Source of the DNA: Patescibacteria group bacterium
GTDB taxonomy: Bacteria; Patescibacteriota; Microgenomatia; Levybacterales; GWA1-39-11
Length of the DNA stretch: 64,000 nucleotides
Assembly (NCBI GenBank): GCA_035545675.1
Contig: DASZYA010000004.1
Location: 6,519-70,518, forward strand
Direction of reading: 5' to 3'
The position numbers and the translations under genes were made by a program. Below the pieces are notes generated by a model. The model ran no database searches and was not told the DNA's origin. It worked only from the letters and a program-made list of their open reading frames with translations. Below are positions 10,129 to 19,895 of the stretch, piece after piece (within the stretch, counting starts at the first letter, position 1; every line of letters starts with the position of its first letter).

Positions 10129-10731
10129 ATGGACAAATTGCTACTTCTTGATATAGACGGAACCCTATTTAACCCAGAGCAGTTCGGGAGGCTAATTAGG
10201 CACGAATTCGTCAGGATACTAGGCGTATCAGAGGAGGAGATCGTGCGTGCAAATGCCGATTATTACGCTACTCTTCCTACTACGACAGACTTTAATCCAA
10301 GAGATATAGCGCAACACATCGCAAATGCTTTCAGTGTGGACCAGGCCGAGCTAGATAAGGTATTTTGGGAAAACGAGCAAATCTATAAAGAATCTTTGTT
10401 TCCAGAAGTTCTTGATACCCTCAAAAAGCTATCAAAAACCCATACTCTTGGTATATTCTCCCAAGGAAATGAGGAGCTTCAAACAAGAAAGCTAAACGCT
10501 TGCGATATCGCCCAGTTTTTTGATCGTAACTACCTCTATATACACAAAAGGAAGCTTGAGGAAGAAGTTCTGAACCAAATTCCTGAAGCAGCCATAATAG
10601 TTGATGACAACCACGATTGGGTAAAGGAGATTAATGCAAAAAGAGGAGCGATATGGCTAAACAGAAGAACCGAAGATAAAGATCCAAGCCTTACAACCAT
10701 TCATCTCCTTTCAGATTTGTTAGCTCTTTAA
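10129..10731 (+). CDS. HAD-superfamily hydrolase
   Basis: DIDGTL motif I; VDD motif IV. Confidence 0.8.
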   Translation: MDKLLLLDIDGTLFNPEQFGRLIRHEFVRILGVSEEEIVRANADYYATLPTTTDFNPRDIAQHIANAFSVDQAELDKVFWENEQIYKESLFPEVLDTLKKLSKTHTLGIFSQGNEELQTRKLNACDIAQFFDRNYLYIHKRKLEEEVLNQIPEAAIIVDDNHDWVKEINAKRGAIWLNRRTEDKDPSLTTIHLLSDLLAL

Positions 10732-11249
10732 TAAAGGTCTGGGTGCAGGAAGCGTCCTAATGCAAAAGCAACTCCATGTCTTACTCCTTCAGCTCTTGTT
10801 ACAACTCCTTTTGTCATAATTCCAAACATACCTATTCCCTCCCCAATCTTGTGGGTTCCAAATATTTCATCGATTGCTTGTTCCAGATTTTTTCCGCTTT
10901 CAATTTTTTTAATTAGCTTATCTGGTAATATGAGGCCGGCGGAAGCTCCTACTCCAATATTTCCTCTTTTATCAACTATTACAATCATTTGGTTTTCAAA
11001 ATGGCCGTAGGGATATTTTTGAATTCCTCCCTCAACGCCTACACCATAGCTTGCGTCTTTAACTTTTTTTAAAGCTCCCTTTGCTCGGTTTAAGGCTCCC
11101 TGATACATCTCGTCATTTGACATGGGTTGTTCTGAGACGCCGCTCGCAACATAGGTGCCCACGACCTTAACGTTTTTAAAATGGTGAGAGAAGACTTCCT
11201 GAACAGGAGATATCTTGGTGGGATTTGTGGAGCCTACTGCAACAATCAT
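10728..11249 (-). CDS. yjjX: Inosine/xanthosine triphosphatase (YjjX family)
   Basis: VGSTNPTK, SGVSEQP, GALNRA, GVEGG motifs. Confidence 0.85.
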   Translation of the reverse strand: MIVAVGSTNPTKISPVQEVFSHHFKNVKVVGTYVASGVSEQPMSNDEMYQGALNRAKGALKKVKDASYGVGVEGGIQKYPYGHFENQMIVIVDKRGNIGVGASAGLILPDKLIKKIESGKNLEQAIDEIFGTHKIGEGIGMFGIMTKGVVTRAEGVRHGVAFALGRFLHPDLY

Positions 11250-11270
11250 GTGTAGGCCTATTATATAGTA

Positions 11271-11371
11271 AAATTTTTATTTCTTAATTTTTAATTCTTA
11301 GCGAATTTTTAATATTTAAAATTTGAAAATTAATAATTCATTGGAAATTAGTAATTAGAAATTGGAAATTG
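11271..11371. repeat. ~100 bp AT-rich element with inverted heptamer arms, copy 1
   Basis: Closely matches 17002-17102; AATTTTT-type left arm, GAAATTA/GAAATTG right arm. Confidence 0.75.
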
Positions 11372-11399
11372 ATTAGATTATCTTTATAATCATGAAGCT

Positions 11400-11882
11400 A
11401 TGATAGTTCTTGGAATAGATCCTGGTATTGGAAGAACTGGTTGGGGAGTAATTGAGGTAAAGGGTTCTAGAAATACCGCCCTTGCATATGACTGTTTTGA
11501 AACTCCTGCGACGAGAGAAACCGCTGCAAGACTAGTTGATTTGCGGGCTGAAATCTTACGAATAATTAAAAAACATAAGCCGGAAATGGTAGGTATTGAA
11601 GAGCTGTTTTTTAATACAAACGCAAAGACCGCTATGGTAGTTGGGCAAGCAAGAGGTGTTGTTTTGGAAGCTATTGCTGAAAATGGAATCCCAATAATAT
11701 CTATGACTCCACCAGAAATAAAAACTGCAGTAGCAGGATATGGAAAGGCAGATAAAGATCAGGTGGGAAAGATGGTAAAAATGCTTTTGGGGCTCCCCTC
11801 TGTTCCAAAGCCGGATGACACAGCAGATGCTTTGGCCTGCGCTTTGGCCTGTTCATTCTCTTATAAGATGAAGCTTGCCTAG
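11400..11882 (+). CDS. ruvC: Holliday junction resolvase RuvC
   Basis: LGIDPG, IEELFF, GQARG, GYGKADK, DDTADALA. Confidence 0.96.
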   Translation: MIVLGIDPGIGRTGWGVIEVKGSRNTALAYDCFETPATRETAARLVDLRAEILRIIKKHKPEMVGIEELFFNTNAKTAMVVGQARGVVLEAIAENGIPIISMTPPEIKTAVAGYGKADKDQVGKMVKMLLGLPSVPKPDDTADALACALACSFSYKMKLA

Positions 11883-11899
11883 ATTGATATAATCACTTA

Positions 11900-12322
11900 A
11901 TGACAACCGAGCTAGACAATTTTTTTAAAGAATATCTTGAGGTCTCAAAATCTGGATTTGTTAAAGAAATTCTTCGAGGCTTGCCCTCTAATGTAGAGAG
12001 TGATGCTCGGGTAACCGCTGAGCGTTTGTTTGTGTCTTTTCGAGAAAATCGACTAAACTACAGTTCTGTAACGCTTTTTGAAGGCAGAAATAATGCCGGA
12101 CGAATAATCGCCGCATTGTATTTTGAGCAAAAACAGAAAGCTGGCTATAGTTTCGCTTTAAGCGAATTAATGGGCGAGTTAAGTGATAAAGTTGGCTCCC
12201 ACAAGACACTTGTTCCTGTGTTTGTAGATTTCGGAAGTGATTTAGATTTTGCTAGCGATATTGCAAGCAGAAATGGTGGTAAGTCTTTTAAGAAGATTTG
12301 GGAATTTTCCCCTGTGATATAA
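11900..12322 (+). CDS. Hypothetical protein between ruvC and ruvA
   Basis: 140-aa ORF with TATAAT just upstream. Confidence 0.55.
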   Translation: MTTELDNFFKEYLEVSKSGFVKEILRGLPSNVESDARVTAERLFVSFRENRLNYSSVTLFEGRNNAGRIIAALYFEQKQKAGYSFALSELMGELSDKVGSHKTLVPVFVDFGSDLDFASDIASRNGGKSFKKIWEFSPVI

Positions 12323-12332
12323 TCTTTGAGAA

Positions 12333-12902
12333 ATGATTGGATACCTCAATGGAAGTGTAATTGTAAGAGACGATCCCCTGTTAATAATTGAGGTAAATAG
12401 TGTTGGTTATAGGGTTCACGCAACTTCTGCTGTGCTCTCCTCCATTGTTGATAACAAAGTAAAAGTTTTTACATACACCCACGTTAGAGAAGATATTCTT
12501 GAGCTTTATGGGTTCTCAAAATACTCAGACCTTAAGCTTTTTGAAATGTTAATAAATGTAAGTGGTGTTGGTCCGAGAACTGCTATTGGGATTTTTTCTG
12601 TCGGAACGGCAAGCGAGATAACTCGCGCAATAATGGACGCGGATACTTCTTTTTTCACTCGTGTGCCTCGCCTTGGTGGTAAAAATGCTCAAAAGATAAT
12701 AATAGAATTAAAAAACAAAATTGGAGGCGAAGGAGTTTTGGATTTGGGAGATGGAATAGTTTCCCAGAGAAATGAGCTTGCCGATGCGCTAAGATCTTTT
12801 GGGTTTTCAAAAGACGAGATTAATGACGCAGCGCGTAATATAGATGGCTCAAAATCTGTTGAAGAGCAAATAAAGACGGCACTAAAGTACTTGGGAAAGT
12901 GA
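12333..12902 (+). CDS. ruvA: Holliday junction branch migration protein RuvA
   Basis: HVREDILELYGF, VSGVGPRTA, IELKNK. Confidence 0.95.
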   Translation: MIGYLNGSVIVRDDPLLIIEVNSVGYRVHATSAVLSSIVDNKVKVFTYTHVREDILELYGFSKYSDLKLFEMLINVSGVGPRTAIGIFSVGTASEITRAIMDADTSFFTRVPRLGGKNAQKIIIELKNKIGGEGVLDLGDGIVSQRNELADALRSFGFSKDEINDAARNIDGSKSVEEQIKTALKYLGK

Positions 12903-12973
12903 TTAAAGATTAAAGATTAAAGATTAAAGATTAAAGATTAAAGATTAAAGATTAAAGATTAAAGATTAAAGAT
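12901..12973 (+). repeat. (GATTAAA)10 perfect heptamer array filling the ruvA-ruvB gap
   Basis: 10 perfect copies plus GAT, running from the ruvA TGA to the ruvB ATG. Confidence 0.95.
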
Positions 12974-14011
12974 ATGGTTAATATAAAGAAAACAAAGGGA
13001 ACGATTGTTGATGAGGCTACAACTCCGGAAGAAGAGGTTGTATTTACTACTCTTAGAGTCTCTGATTGGGATGATTTTGTAGGCCAAACAACGGTTAAGA
13101 AATCAATGCAGATTGGAATAGCTGCTGCCAAGAAAAGAAAAGAGCCGCTTGAACACGTCCTTCTTTATGGGCCTCCTGGACTTGGCAAGACAACCCTATC
13201 TCACCTGATCGCAAAAGAAATGGGCGCAAATATCCGCGTTACCAGTGGTCCGGCAATTGAGCGCGCCGGAGACCTTGCCTCTATTCTCACAAATTTAGAA
13301 GCCGGAGACGTTTTGTTTATTGATGAGATTCATAGGTTAAATAAAATAGTTGAAGAAACCCTGTATCCCGCAATGGAGGATTATGCTCTAGACATAGTTA
13401 TTGGTAAAGGGCCTTCGGCTCGTACTGTTAGGCTTGATCTTCCCCGCTTTACCATAGTTGGTGCAACAACTAGGGCCGGAATGTTATCTGGTCCGCTTCG
13501 TGATCGTTTTGGTGTAGTTCATAGAATGGTTTTCTATTTGCCGGAAGAGTTAGAAAAAATTGTAGAAAAAGCAGCAGCGAAACTAAAAGTAAAAATAGAT
13601 AAGGCTTCAATTGCAGAAGTTGCAAAAAGAGCTCGGGGTACACCTCGCATTGCGCTAAGGCTTCTAAAGCGCGCTCGTGATTATTCAGAAGTTCATGGTA
13701 AAGGTGATATAACGCACGACCTCACAGAAGAAGCGTTGGGTCTTCTCGAGGTTGATCCAATGGGACTAGATCATTTAGACAGACGTTATCTAAAAAGTAT
13801 TATAGAGAAGCATAGCGGTGGTCCAGTTGGAGTTGAAACAATCGCCGCCACCCTATCAGAAGACACAGGAACAATAGAGGAAATTGTTGAACCATACCTT
13901 TTGCAAATTGGATTTATAAAAAGAACAAAAGGTGGACGCGTTGCAACCCCTGAGGCTTATCGCCACTTGGAAATTAAGCAAAAAAAATCAGGACAACAAA
14001 ACCTTTTATAA
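12974..14011 (+). CDS. ruvB: Holliday junction helicase RuvB
   Basis: [39 protein letters not shown]. Confidence 0.98.
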   Translation: MVNIKKTKGTIVDEATTPEEEVVFTTLRVSDWDDFVGQTTVKKSMQIGIAAAKKRKEPLEHVLLYGPPGLGKTTLSHLIAKEMGANIRVTSGPAIERAGDLASILTNLEAGDVLFIDEIHRLNKIVEETLYPAMEDYALDIVIGKGPSARTVRLDLPRFTIVGATTRAGMLSGPLRDRFGVVHRMVFYLPEELEKIVEKAAAKLKVKIDKASIAEVAKRARGTPRIALRLLKRARDYSEVHGKGDITHDLTEEALGLLEVDPMGLDHLDRRYLKSIIEKHSGGPVGVETIAATLSEDTGTIEEIVEPYLLQIGFIKRTKGGRVATPEAYRHLEIKQKKSGQQNLL

Positions 14012-14015
14012 CCAC

Positions 14016-14053
14016 TTGACAACAAATTAGCACTCGTGGTACTCTAGTGCTAG
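14016..14053 (+). promoter_or_regulatory. Sigma70 promoter overlapped by CIRCE (HrcA operator) upstream of clpB
   Basis: TTGACA 14016-14021, TGgTACTCT -10, TTAGCACTC-N9-TAGTGCTAG 14027-14053 (consensus TTAGCACTC-N9-GAGTGCTAA). Confidence 0.85.
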
Positions 14054-14056
14054 ACT

Positions 14057-16210
14057 ATGAATGATGACAACCAAAACATTGCAGACTTATTAAAGCCAGT
14101 CACTCCAGAGGAAGCGCTTAAGAAATTTACATATAATCTTACAGAGCAAGCCCGCGAGCACAAGATTGATCCCGTTGTTGGACGCGAAACAGAAATTAGA
14201 CGCGTCATGGAAATTTTATCTCGAAGAACAAAAAACAATCCTATTCTTCTTGGTGATCCCGGAGTTGGTAAAACAGCAATCGTAGAGGGTCTCGCACAAA
14301 AAATTGCAACAGGCGCAGTTCCAAGCGTTCTTAAAAACAAAGAATTAATAGTTTTGGACTTCGCGCAATTGTTGGCAGGTGCTAAGTTTCGCGGAGAATT
14401 TGAAGAAAGATTAAAAGGTGTTGTAAAAGCAGTTGAGGACTCCAATGGGAAATATATTATGTTTATTGATGAGATCCACATTCTTATTGGGGGAGGAGCA
14501 GCGGAGGGATCAGTTGATGCAGCAAATATTCTTAAGCCCTCTTTGGCCCGTGGATTGCTTAGAACGATTGGTGCTACAACGCTAAGCGAATACAGAAAAT
14601 ATATTGAGAGGGATGCGGCTCTTGCAAGGCGCTTTCAGCCCGTTAACGTTGACGAGCCAACAATTGAAGATACAATTGCAATCCTTCGCGGTATTAAAGA
14701 AAAATATGAGCTTCATCATGGAATTAGAATTACAGACAATGCTCTAATTGCTGCTGCTAAACTTTCTTCCCAATATATTCCCCACCGCTTTCTACCAGAC
14801 AAGGCTATAGATTTGGTAGATGAGGCAACTGCCTCTATTAAGATTGAGACTGAAAGTATGCCTTTTGAGCTAGATCAATTAAAAAGAAAAATTACTCAAA
14901 TAGAAATAGAGTTAGCTGCTTTAAAAAATGATAAAAGTACCCTTGCAAAAACGAGACGGGAGAATTTGGAAAAAGACCTTAAAGAATTAAAAGAAAAAGC
15001 AGGTGGAATTGAGGAGCGTTGGAATGAGCAAAAAGGGCTTATTCAGAAAATTCAGGAACAACGTGCAAAAATTGATGCTCTTAAGATAGAGTTAGATCGC
15101 GCTGAACAAAATGTAGATCTAAACCGCGCAGCAGAAATAAAATACGGAAAACTGCCTCAGCTAGAAGAGGAACTTAAGAAAATAACTAGCGAGTGGGAGA
15201 AGATTCCAGAAGAAAACAGAGTTTTACGTGAAGAGGTTGATGAAAATGATATTGCAAAAGTTGTTAGTCGTTGGACAGGGATTCCGGCAACAAGACTCCT
15301 TGCAACGGAAGCAGAACGCCTAACTCATCTTGAGGACGAGCTTAAAAAAAGAGTCATAGGTCAGGATGATGCTCTTAAGATTTTGGCACGCGCTATCAGG
15401 AGAAGCAGAACTGGGTTATCTGCAAAAGATAAACCAATCGGTTCATTTTTGTTCTTGGGTCCAACGGGAGTTGGTAAAACAGAAACCGCAAAGGCATTGG
15501 CCGAAATACTATTTTCAGATGAGCATGCGATAGTAAGGATAGACATGAGCGAGTATCAGGAGCAGCATTCTGTAGCGCGTCTTATTGGTGCGCCTCCAGG
15601 ATATGTAGGTTACGAAGAAGGCGGACAATTAACAGAGGCAGTTCGCCGCCGTCCCTACTCTGTAGTTTTGCTGGATGAAATAGAAAAGGCAAATCCTAGC
15701 GTTTTCAATATTTTGTTGCAAGTATTTGATGATGGAAGACTAACCGATTCAAAAGGTGTAACGGTAGATTTTCGTAACACTATAATTATTATGACTTCAA
15801 ATCTGGGATCAGAAATAATCAGAAAGAAGACGGGTAAAAATAATGAAGCTATTGAGCGAGAACTCATGGAGCTTTTGCATAAAAGCTTTAAGCCAGAGTT
15901 TCTTAATAGGCTTGATGGAATAGTTGTTTATGATTCTCTAACCGAGATTGAAATTAAAGAAATTTCAAAGCTTCAGCTAGAAGATGTTAAAAGACGCCTG
16001 GCAGAAAACAACATTGTTCTTGATATAACCGATAGTCTTGTTTCATACTTTGCAAAAGAGGGTTTTGATCCCATCTTTGGCGCCAGACCCTTAAGAAGGC
16101 TTATAGAAGAAAAGCTGGTTGATGAAGTTGCCATGCAGATTTTGGAAGAAAAAGTAAAACCAGGCATGACCATTAAACCCACCGTTAAAGATGATAAGAT
16201 CAGCTTATAG
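14057..16210 (+). CDS. clpB: ClpB disaggregase lacking the N-terminal domain
   Basis: Two AAA+ modules (GDPGVGKT, GPTGVGKT), coiled-coil M domain, GAPPGYVGYEEGG, GARPLRR; 717 aa. Confidence 0.92.
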   Translation: MNDDNQNIADLLKPVTPEEALKKFTYNLTEQAREHKIDPVVGRETEIRRVMEILSRRTKNNPILLGDPGVGKTAIVEGLAQKIATGAVPSVLKNKELIVLDFAQLLAGAKFRGEFEERLKGVVKAVEDSNGKYIMFIDEIHILIGGGAAEGSVDAANILKPSLARGLLRTIGATTLSEYRKYIERDAALARRFQPVNVDEPTIEDTIAILRGIKEKYELHHGIRITDNALIAAAKLSSQYIPHRFLPDKAIDLVDEATASIKIETESMPFELDQLKRKITQIEIELAALKNDKSTLAKTRRENLEKDLKELKEKAGGIEERWNEQKGLIQKIQEQRAKIDALKIELDRAEQNVDLNRAAEIKYGKLPQLEEELKKITSEWEKIPEENRVLREEVDENDIAKVVSRWTGIPATRLLATEAERLTHLEDELKKRVIGQDDALKILARAIRRSRTGLSAKDKPIGSFLFLGPTGVGKTETAKALAEILFSDEHAIVRIDMSEYQEQHSVARLIGAPPGYVGYEEGGQLTEAVRRRPYSVVLLDEIEKANPSVFNILLQVFDDGRLTDSKGVTVDFRNTIIIMTSNLGSEIIRKKTGKNNEAIERELMELLHKSFKPEFLNRLDGIVVYDSLTEIEIKEISKLQLEDVKRRLAENNIVLDITDSLVSYFAKEGFDPIFGARPLRRLIEEKLVDEVAMQILEEKVKPGMTIKPTVKDDKISL

Positions 16211-16220
16211 CCTATAAAGA

Positions 16221-16303
16221 ATTTCTAGTTAGAAATTGTAAGTTAATTAGAAATTAGAAATTAATTACAATACTTGATACTTAATACTCAATACCCGATA
16301 CTA
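16221..16303. repeat. Composite degenerate heptamer tract (AGAAATT then ATACTTG-like)
   Basis: tagaaattagaaatt followed by atacttg atactta atactca atacccg atact. Confidence 0.7.
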
Positions 16304-16308
16304 ATCTC

Positions 16309-16995
16309 ATGGAAAGGTATTTAACTCGCGACAGACTGCTGGAGGTTAGTAAGCACAAGCACTTTGGTTGGGGAGTGTCTTTTGTCATTGCCCTACTCAT
16401 ACTTGACCTTCTTTTTTTAAATTACAAAATAATATTTGTAAAACCAACTCTAGGAAGTAATATTCAATCTCAAACAACACAAACAGCAAGTAATTCGGAA
16501 GGCTCAACAATTACTGAGGCAAAAGACAGTTGTGGTCAGAATTGCCAGGCTTATATAAATAAGGCAATTTCTGATGCGATGGGTGAATCAAGAACAACAA
16601 GTGTTGGCACAAATACTTCTGCAAACCCCGCTAGTGAATACTTTGTGCCTCTTGGTAGCGGAGTTATTAATTCAACCTCGTGGCAAACAGTAGCTGGGAT
16701 GCAGGCATATATAGATAGTTCCGCTTATTCAAATATTGGTACTGTGACGTTTGAGATATCTATTAGTATCCCCTCCGGTAATGAAACTGCCAATTTTCAA
16801 CTTTATGACCAAACACAAAATCACCCTGTTTGGAATTCTGAAGTAACTTTTACGGGTGGTGGAACTCCACAGCTTTTGATATCTGCTCCCATTACTCTTG
16901 ATCCTGGCAATAATTTATATGTTGTGCAAGCTCAAACCCAACTACCCTTCCCTGCCTATATAACTCAAGCAAGGGTCCATATCATCACGCAATAG
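16309..16995 (+). CDS. Hypothetical membrane-anchored exported protein
   Basis: Single TM, Ser/Thr linker, CxxxC, beta-rich C-terminal domain. Confidence 0.65.
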   Translation: MERYLTRDRLLEVSKHKHFGWGVSFVIALLILDLLFLNYKIIFVKPTLGSNIQSQTTQTASNSEGSTITEAKDSCGQNCQAYINKAISDAMGESRTTSVGTNTSANPASEYFVPLGSGVINSTSWQTVAGMQAYIDSSAYSNIGTVTFEISISIPSGNETANFQLYDQTQNHPVWNSEVTFTGGGTPQLLISAPITLDPGNNLYVVQAQTQLPFPAYITQARVHIITQ

Positions 16996-17001
16996 ATTGC
17001 G

Positions 17002-17141
17002 TAATTTTTATTTCTTAATTTTTAATTTTTATTGAATTTTTAATGTTTTAAAATTTGAAAATTAATAATTGATTAGAAATTAGAAATTAGAAATTAGAAA
17101 TTAACCCGATACTTGATACTAAATACTTAATACTTCATACT
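17002..17141. repeat. ~100 bp AT-rich element, copy 2, followed by ATACTT-type heptamers
   Basis: Matches 11271-11371; (TAGAAAT)4; gatactt gatact aaatactt aatactt catact. Confidence 0.75.
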
Positions 17142-17147
17142 GTTGGT

Positions 17148-17678
17148 ATGGAAACGGCTACTTTTGCGGGCGGGTGCTTTTGGTGTACTGAGGCAATTTT
17201 CCAAAGGTTAAAAGGAGTTATGTCTGTTCTTCCTGGTTATTCTGGCGGGGAAACTGAAAACCCAAGTTATGAAGATGTTTCAAGTGGTACAACAGGACAT
17301 GCTGAGGCAACCCAGATAGAATTTGATCCGAGTGTTATATCTTTTGAAAAATTGGTTGAAATATTTTTTCACCTTCACGATCCCACTACTCTAAATCGAC
17401 AAGGAAATGATGTGGGTACTCAATATAGGTCTGCAATTTTTTACCATGATGAAAAACAAAAGGAAGAAGCGTTAAAAGTAAAAAAACAAATTGAGGACGA
17501 GCATGTTTATTCTGATCCAATTGTCACAGAAATTGTTCCTTTCAAAGCCTTTTATGTAGCGGAAGATTATCATAAAAATTATTACAATAACAATAAAGAA
17601 GCAGGATATTGCCGCGTAATAATAGATCCCAAAATCAAAAAACTCCTCGCAGAATACAAAGAAGAAGTGAAAAATTAG
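17148..17678 (+). CDS. msrA: Peptide methionine sulfoxide reductase MsrA
   Basis: GGCFWCTE, GHAE, HDPTTLNRQGNDVGTQYRS, AEDYH. Confidence 0.95.
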   Translation: METATFAGGCFWCTEAIFQRLKGVMSVLPGYSGGETENPSYEDVSSGTTGHAEATQIEFDPSVISFEKLVEIFFHLHDPTTLNRQGNDVGTQYRSAIFYHDEKQKEEALKVKKQIEDEHVYSDPIVTEIVPFKAFYVAEDYHKNYYNNNKEAGYCRVIIDPKIKKLLAEYKEEVKN

Positions 17679-17723
17679 ACTTCAACCTAATACCTAGAAG
17701 CTAAGGCCTAATCCCTGAAAAAT

Positions 17724-19157
17724 TTGAAAAAATTTTTCACAAGTGCTACGCTAAATCTTGTGAAGATCAAAATTGTTCCTGTCCTTTTGGTTATCATAGC
17801 TGTTTTAGTTGCCGGAATTCTATTTATGGCGGTAAAAAGCGGTGGCCTATTCAGTAGCAATAGCGCAACAATCTCAGGAAAGTTTGATATCAATGGTGTT
17901 ATTCCCGATGGTTCCACAATTACCCTTACAGAAAGAGAATTAAGTGCTCCAAAGGCAAAGGTCTTTGCAAGTGGAGTTCCTGTAGCAGATGAAGAGGAAT
18001 GGAGTTTTAATAATGCTACTAAGAATAAAACCTATGAAATTCAGGCACAAGTTGTTGTAAATGGCGCAGTAGTTACAACTTCAAGTCCCGTTGAAATAAC
18101 AGCTCCAGCAAGTGACGAGACGCTCACTCTTAATATTCAGTCAGATGAAAAAAAGACTGCCGTAATTTCTGGATCAATTGTAGTTAATGGTTATATTCCA
18201 AAGGGTTCAACAATAACTATCAAGGGGAGAAAGCTTGGTGTAAACGAGTTTACCACTGTTGCAAGCAACTTAAATGGACAGGCCAGACAGTTTATGAGTT
18301 ACACAACAGCAGTTGCCGGAACAACATATGAAGTAGAAGGAGTTCTTGTAAGTCCTTCCGGTCAAGAGATTGGTGCTTCAAGCCTTCTTTCTGTTACGGC
18401 CCCCGCAATTGACGAAACACTAACCATTAATTCTTCTGCCCAGTCGCCAACCATAGTTGCAAATACTCCAACTTCTGTTCCAACTACAGCTAGCGCTCCA
18501 TCATCAACTCCCGTTCCCGCTGCTCCATCTGCAGTGGTTTCTGGTGGAATTAACTTTAACGGTGCAGCACCAAGTAATTCTAGAATCGTTGTGTTTCAAA
18601 AACCTTTAAATGGATCAAGTTATCAAGTTGCGGTTGATAATATTTCTCCAATTGATGGAACTGCCTGGCAATGGAACGGAGCCCAAGCTTCTACTTGGTA
18701 TACAATGATTGCGATTCTAAAACAAAGAAATGCTAATGGTACAGATACGGATATTGCAACTTCTGCTCCGGTTACAATTGCAGCTCCTGCTACAAATGTA
18801 ATATTCACTATTAACTCCGGCGTTTCTCTCCAAGGGCCTGGCGGACCAATTACTGTTACTTGCCAAACTTATAATGGTGGACCAAACCAAAACAATTGGA
18901 ATGTAACGGTTAACTTTGGAACCGTATCTGGGGCTCAGTCATATTGGCTTCAGATAGGGTCCACAAATGGAGGAAATAATCTTACAAATACTACTCAGAA
19001 TGTTCAGGCCGGAAGTAACCAGACAATTGGGGTGACATTTAACAACAACACAACTTATTATGCTCGTTATGCATATGCAAATATTCCAAATGCTGGGGTA
19101 AGTAATTCTCAGTATTCAGCCTTTTCATCCACCACTCCTCTTCAGTGTAGCCACTGA
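17724..19157 (+). CDS. Membrane-anchored surface protein with three internal beta-rich repeats
   Basis: N-terminal TM; three ISG/VSG...TAPA-type repeats; Ser/Thr/Pro linker. Confidence 0.7.
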   Translation: MKKFFTSATLNLVKIKIVPVLLVIIAVLVAGILFMAVKSGGLFSSNSATISGKFDINGVIPDGSTITLTERELSAPKAKVFASGVPVADEEEWSFNNATKNKTYEIQAQVVVNGAVVTTSSPVEITAPASDETLTLNIQSDEKKTAVISGSIVVNGYIPKGSTITIKGRKLGVNEFTTVASNLNGQARQFMSYTTAVAGTTYEVEGVLVSPSGQEIGASSLLSVTAPAIDETLTINSSAQSPTIVANTPTSVPTTASAPSSTPVPAAPSAVVSGGINFNGAAPSNSRIVVFQKPLNGSSYQVAVDNISPIDGTAWQWNGAQASTWYTMIAILKQRNANGTDTDIATSAPVTIAAPATNVIFTINSGVSLQGPGGPITVTCQTYNGGPNQNNWNVTVNFGTVSGAQSYWLQIGSTNGGNNLTNTTQNVQAGSNQTIGVTFNNNTTYYARYAYANIPNAGVSNSQYSAFSSTTPLQCSH

Positions 19158-19250
19158 TTAAAGATTAAAGATTAAAGATTAAAGATTAAAGATTAAAGAT
19201 TAAAGATTAAAGATGCATTCATTATTCGTTAATCATTATTCTTAATTCAT
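19156..19250. repeat. (GATTAAA)8 array followed by an opposite-sense degenerate arm
   Basis: 8 perfect copies 19156-19211 starting inside the TGA stop; then attcattattcgttaatcattattcttaattcat between convergent genes. Confidence 0.9.
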
Positions 19251-19390
19251 CTGATTATCCCAAGTGCGAGGAGGCCGGAGATTATAAGATAAGCGGCAAT
19301 TAGATAATTAAGAGCCCTTGGAAAGGCCAAGATCAGAATTCCAAAAAGAATTGAAACAACAGGGTCTAGATTGTTAAAAGCTATGCTCAT
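19247..19390 (-). CDS. Small membrane protein, DUF3096-like
   Basis: 47 aa, ILILAFPRALNYLIAAYLI motif; start abuts upstream stop. Confidence 0.7.
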   Translation of the reverse strand: MSIAFNNLDPVVSILFGILILAFPRALNYLIAAYLIISGLLALGIIR

Positions 19391-19824
19391 TAGACATTTT
19401 CCTCCACTTCTTCTGGAGTTACTGGCTTTGCTATTTGGAGAAGTTGTACTATTCCTGCTGCAATTAAGAAGTAAACAAGTCCGGCAATTATTGTAGACCA
19501 TTCAAAAACAGATCCTTGCTCGGTTGATGTTCTAAGTATTCCTTGGAAGGGTAATGCAAGAGGAGCTGAAAGCGTATAGATAAGACTTGTAAACCCGCTA
19601 AACGGATTTGCGCCCATTGCCTTCAGCATCACCCTAAAGAATAAAAGAATTTCAATTACGCAAAGAATGTACCAGACTACTTGATAGGTTCTAAATAAGG
19701 CCTTTTTCTTCTCGTAGACTTTTTGTGGATGTTCGGTTCTAACCACCGGATTAGTCTGAGTAGTTTTAACTACTCTTGTTGGATGTGTGACTTCTCGTGT
19801 TTCTGTCGTAACGTATTCAGCCAT
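19390..19824 (-). CDS. YggT-like membrane protein
   Basis: IEILLFFRVMLKAMGANP...IYTLSAPLALPF pattern. Confidence 0.65.
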   Translation of the reverse strand: MAEYVTTETREVTHPTRVVKTTQTNPVVRTEHPQKVYEKKKALFRTYQVVWYILCVIEILLFFRVMLKAMGANPFSGFTSLIYTLSAPLALPFQGILRTSTEQGSVFEWSTIIAGLVYFLIAAGIVQLLQIAKPVTPEEVEENV

Positions 19825-19895
19825 ATAATTGCTTATAAGTTTAGGCAGGTAGTTGCAGGAAACAATATGAAGAATGTAAGAAAATGTTAAGCAAT

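Noticed and set aside
12901-19214. Tandem arrays as CRISPR
   Set aside because: 7-nt units without spacers; no cas genes
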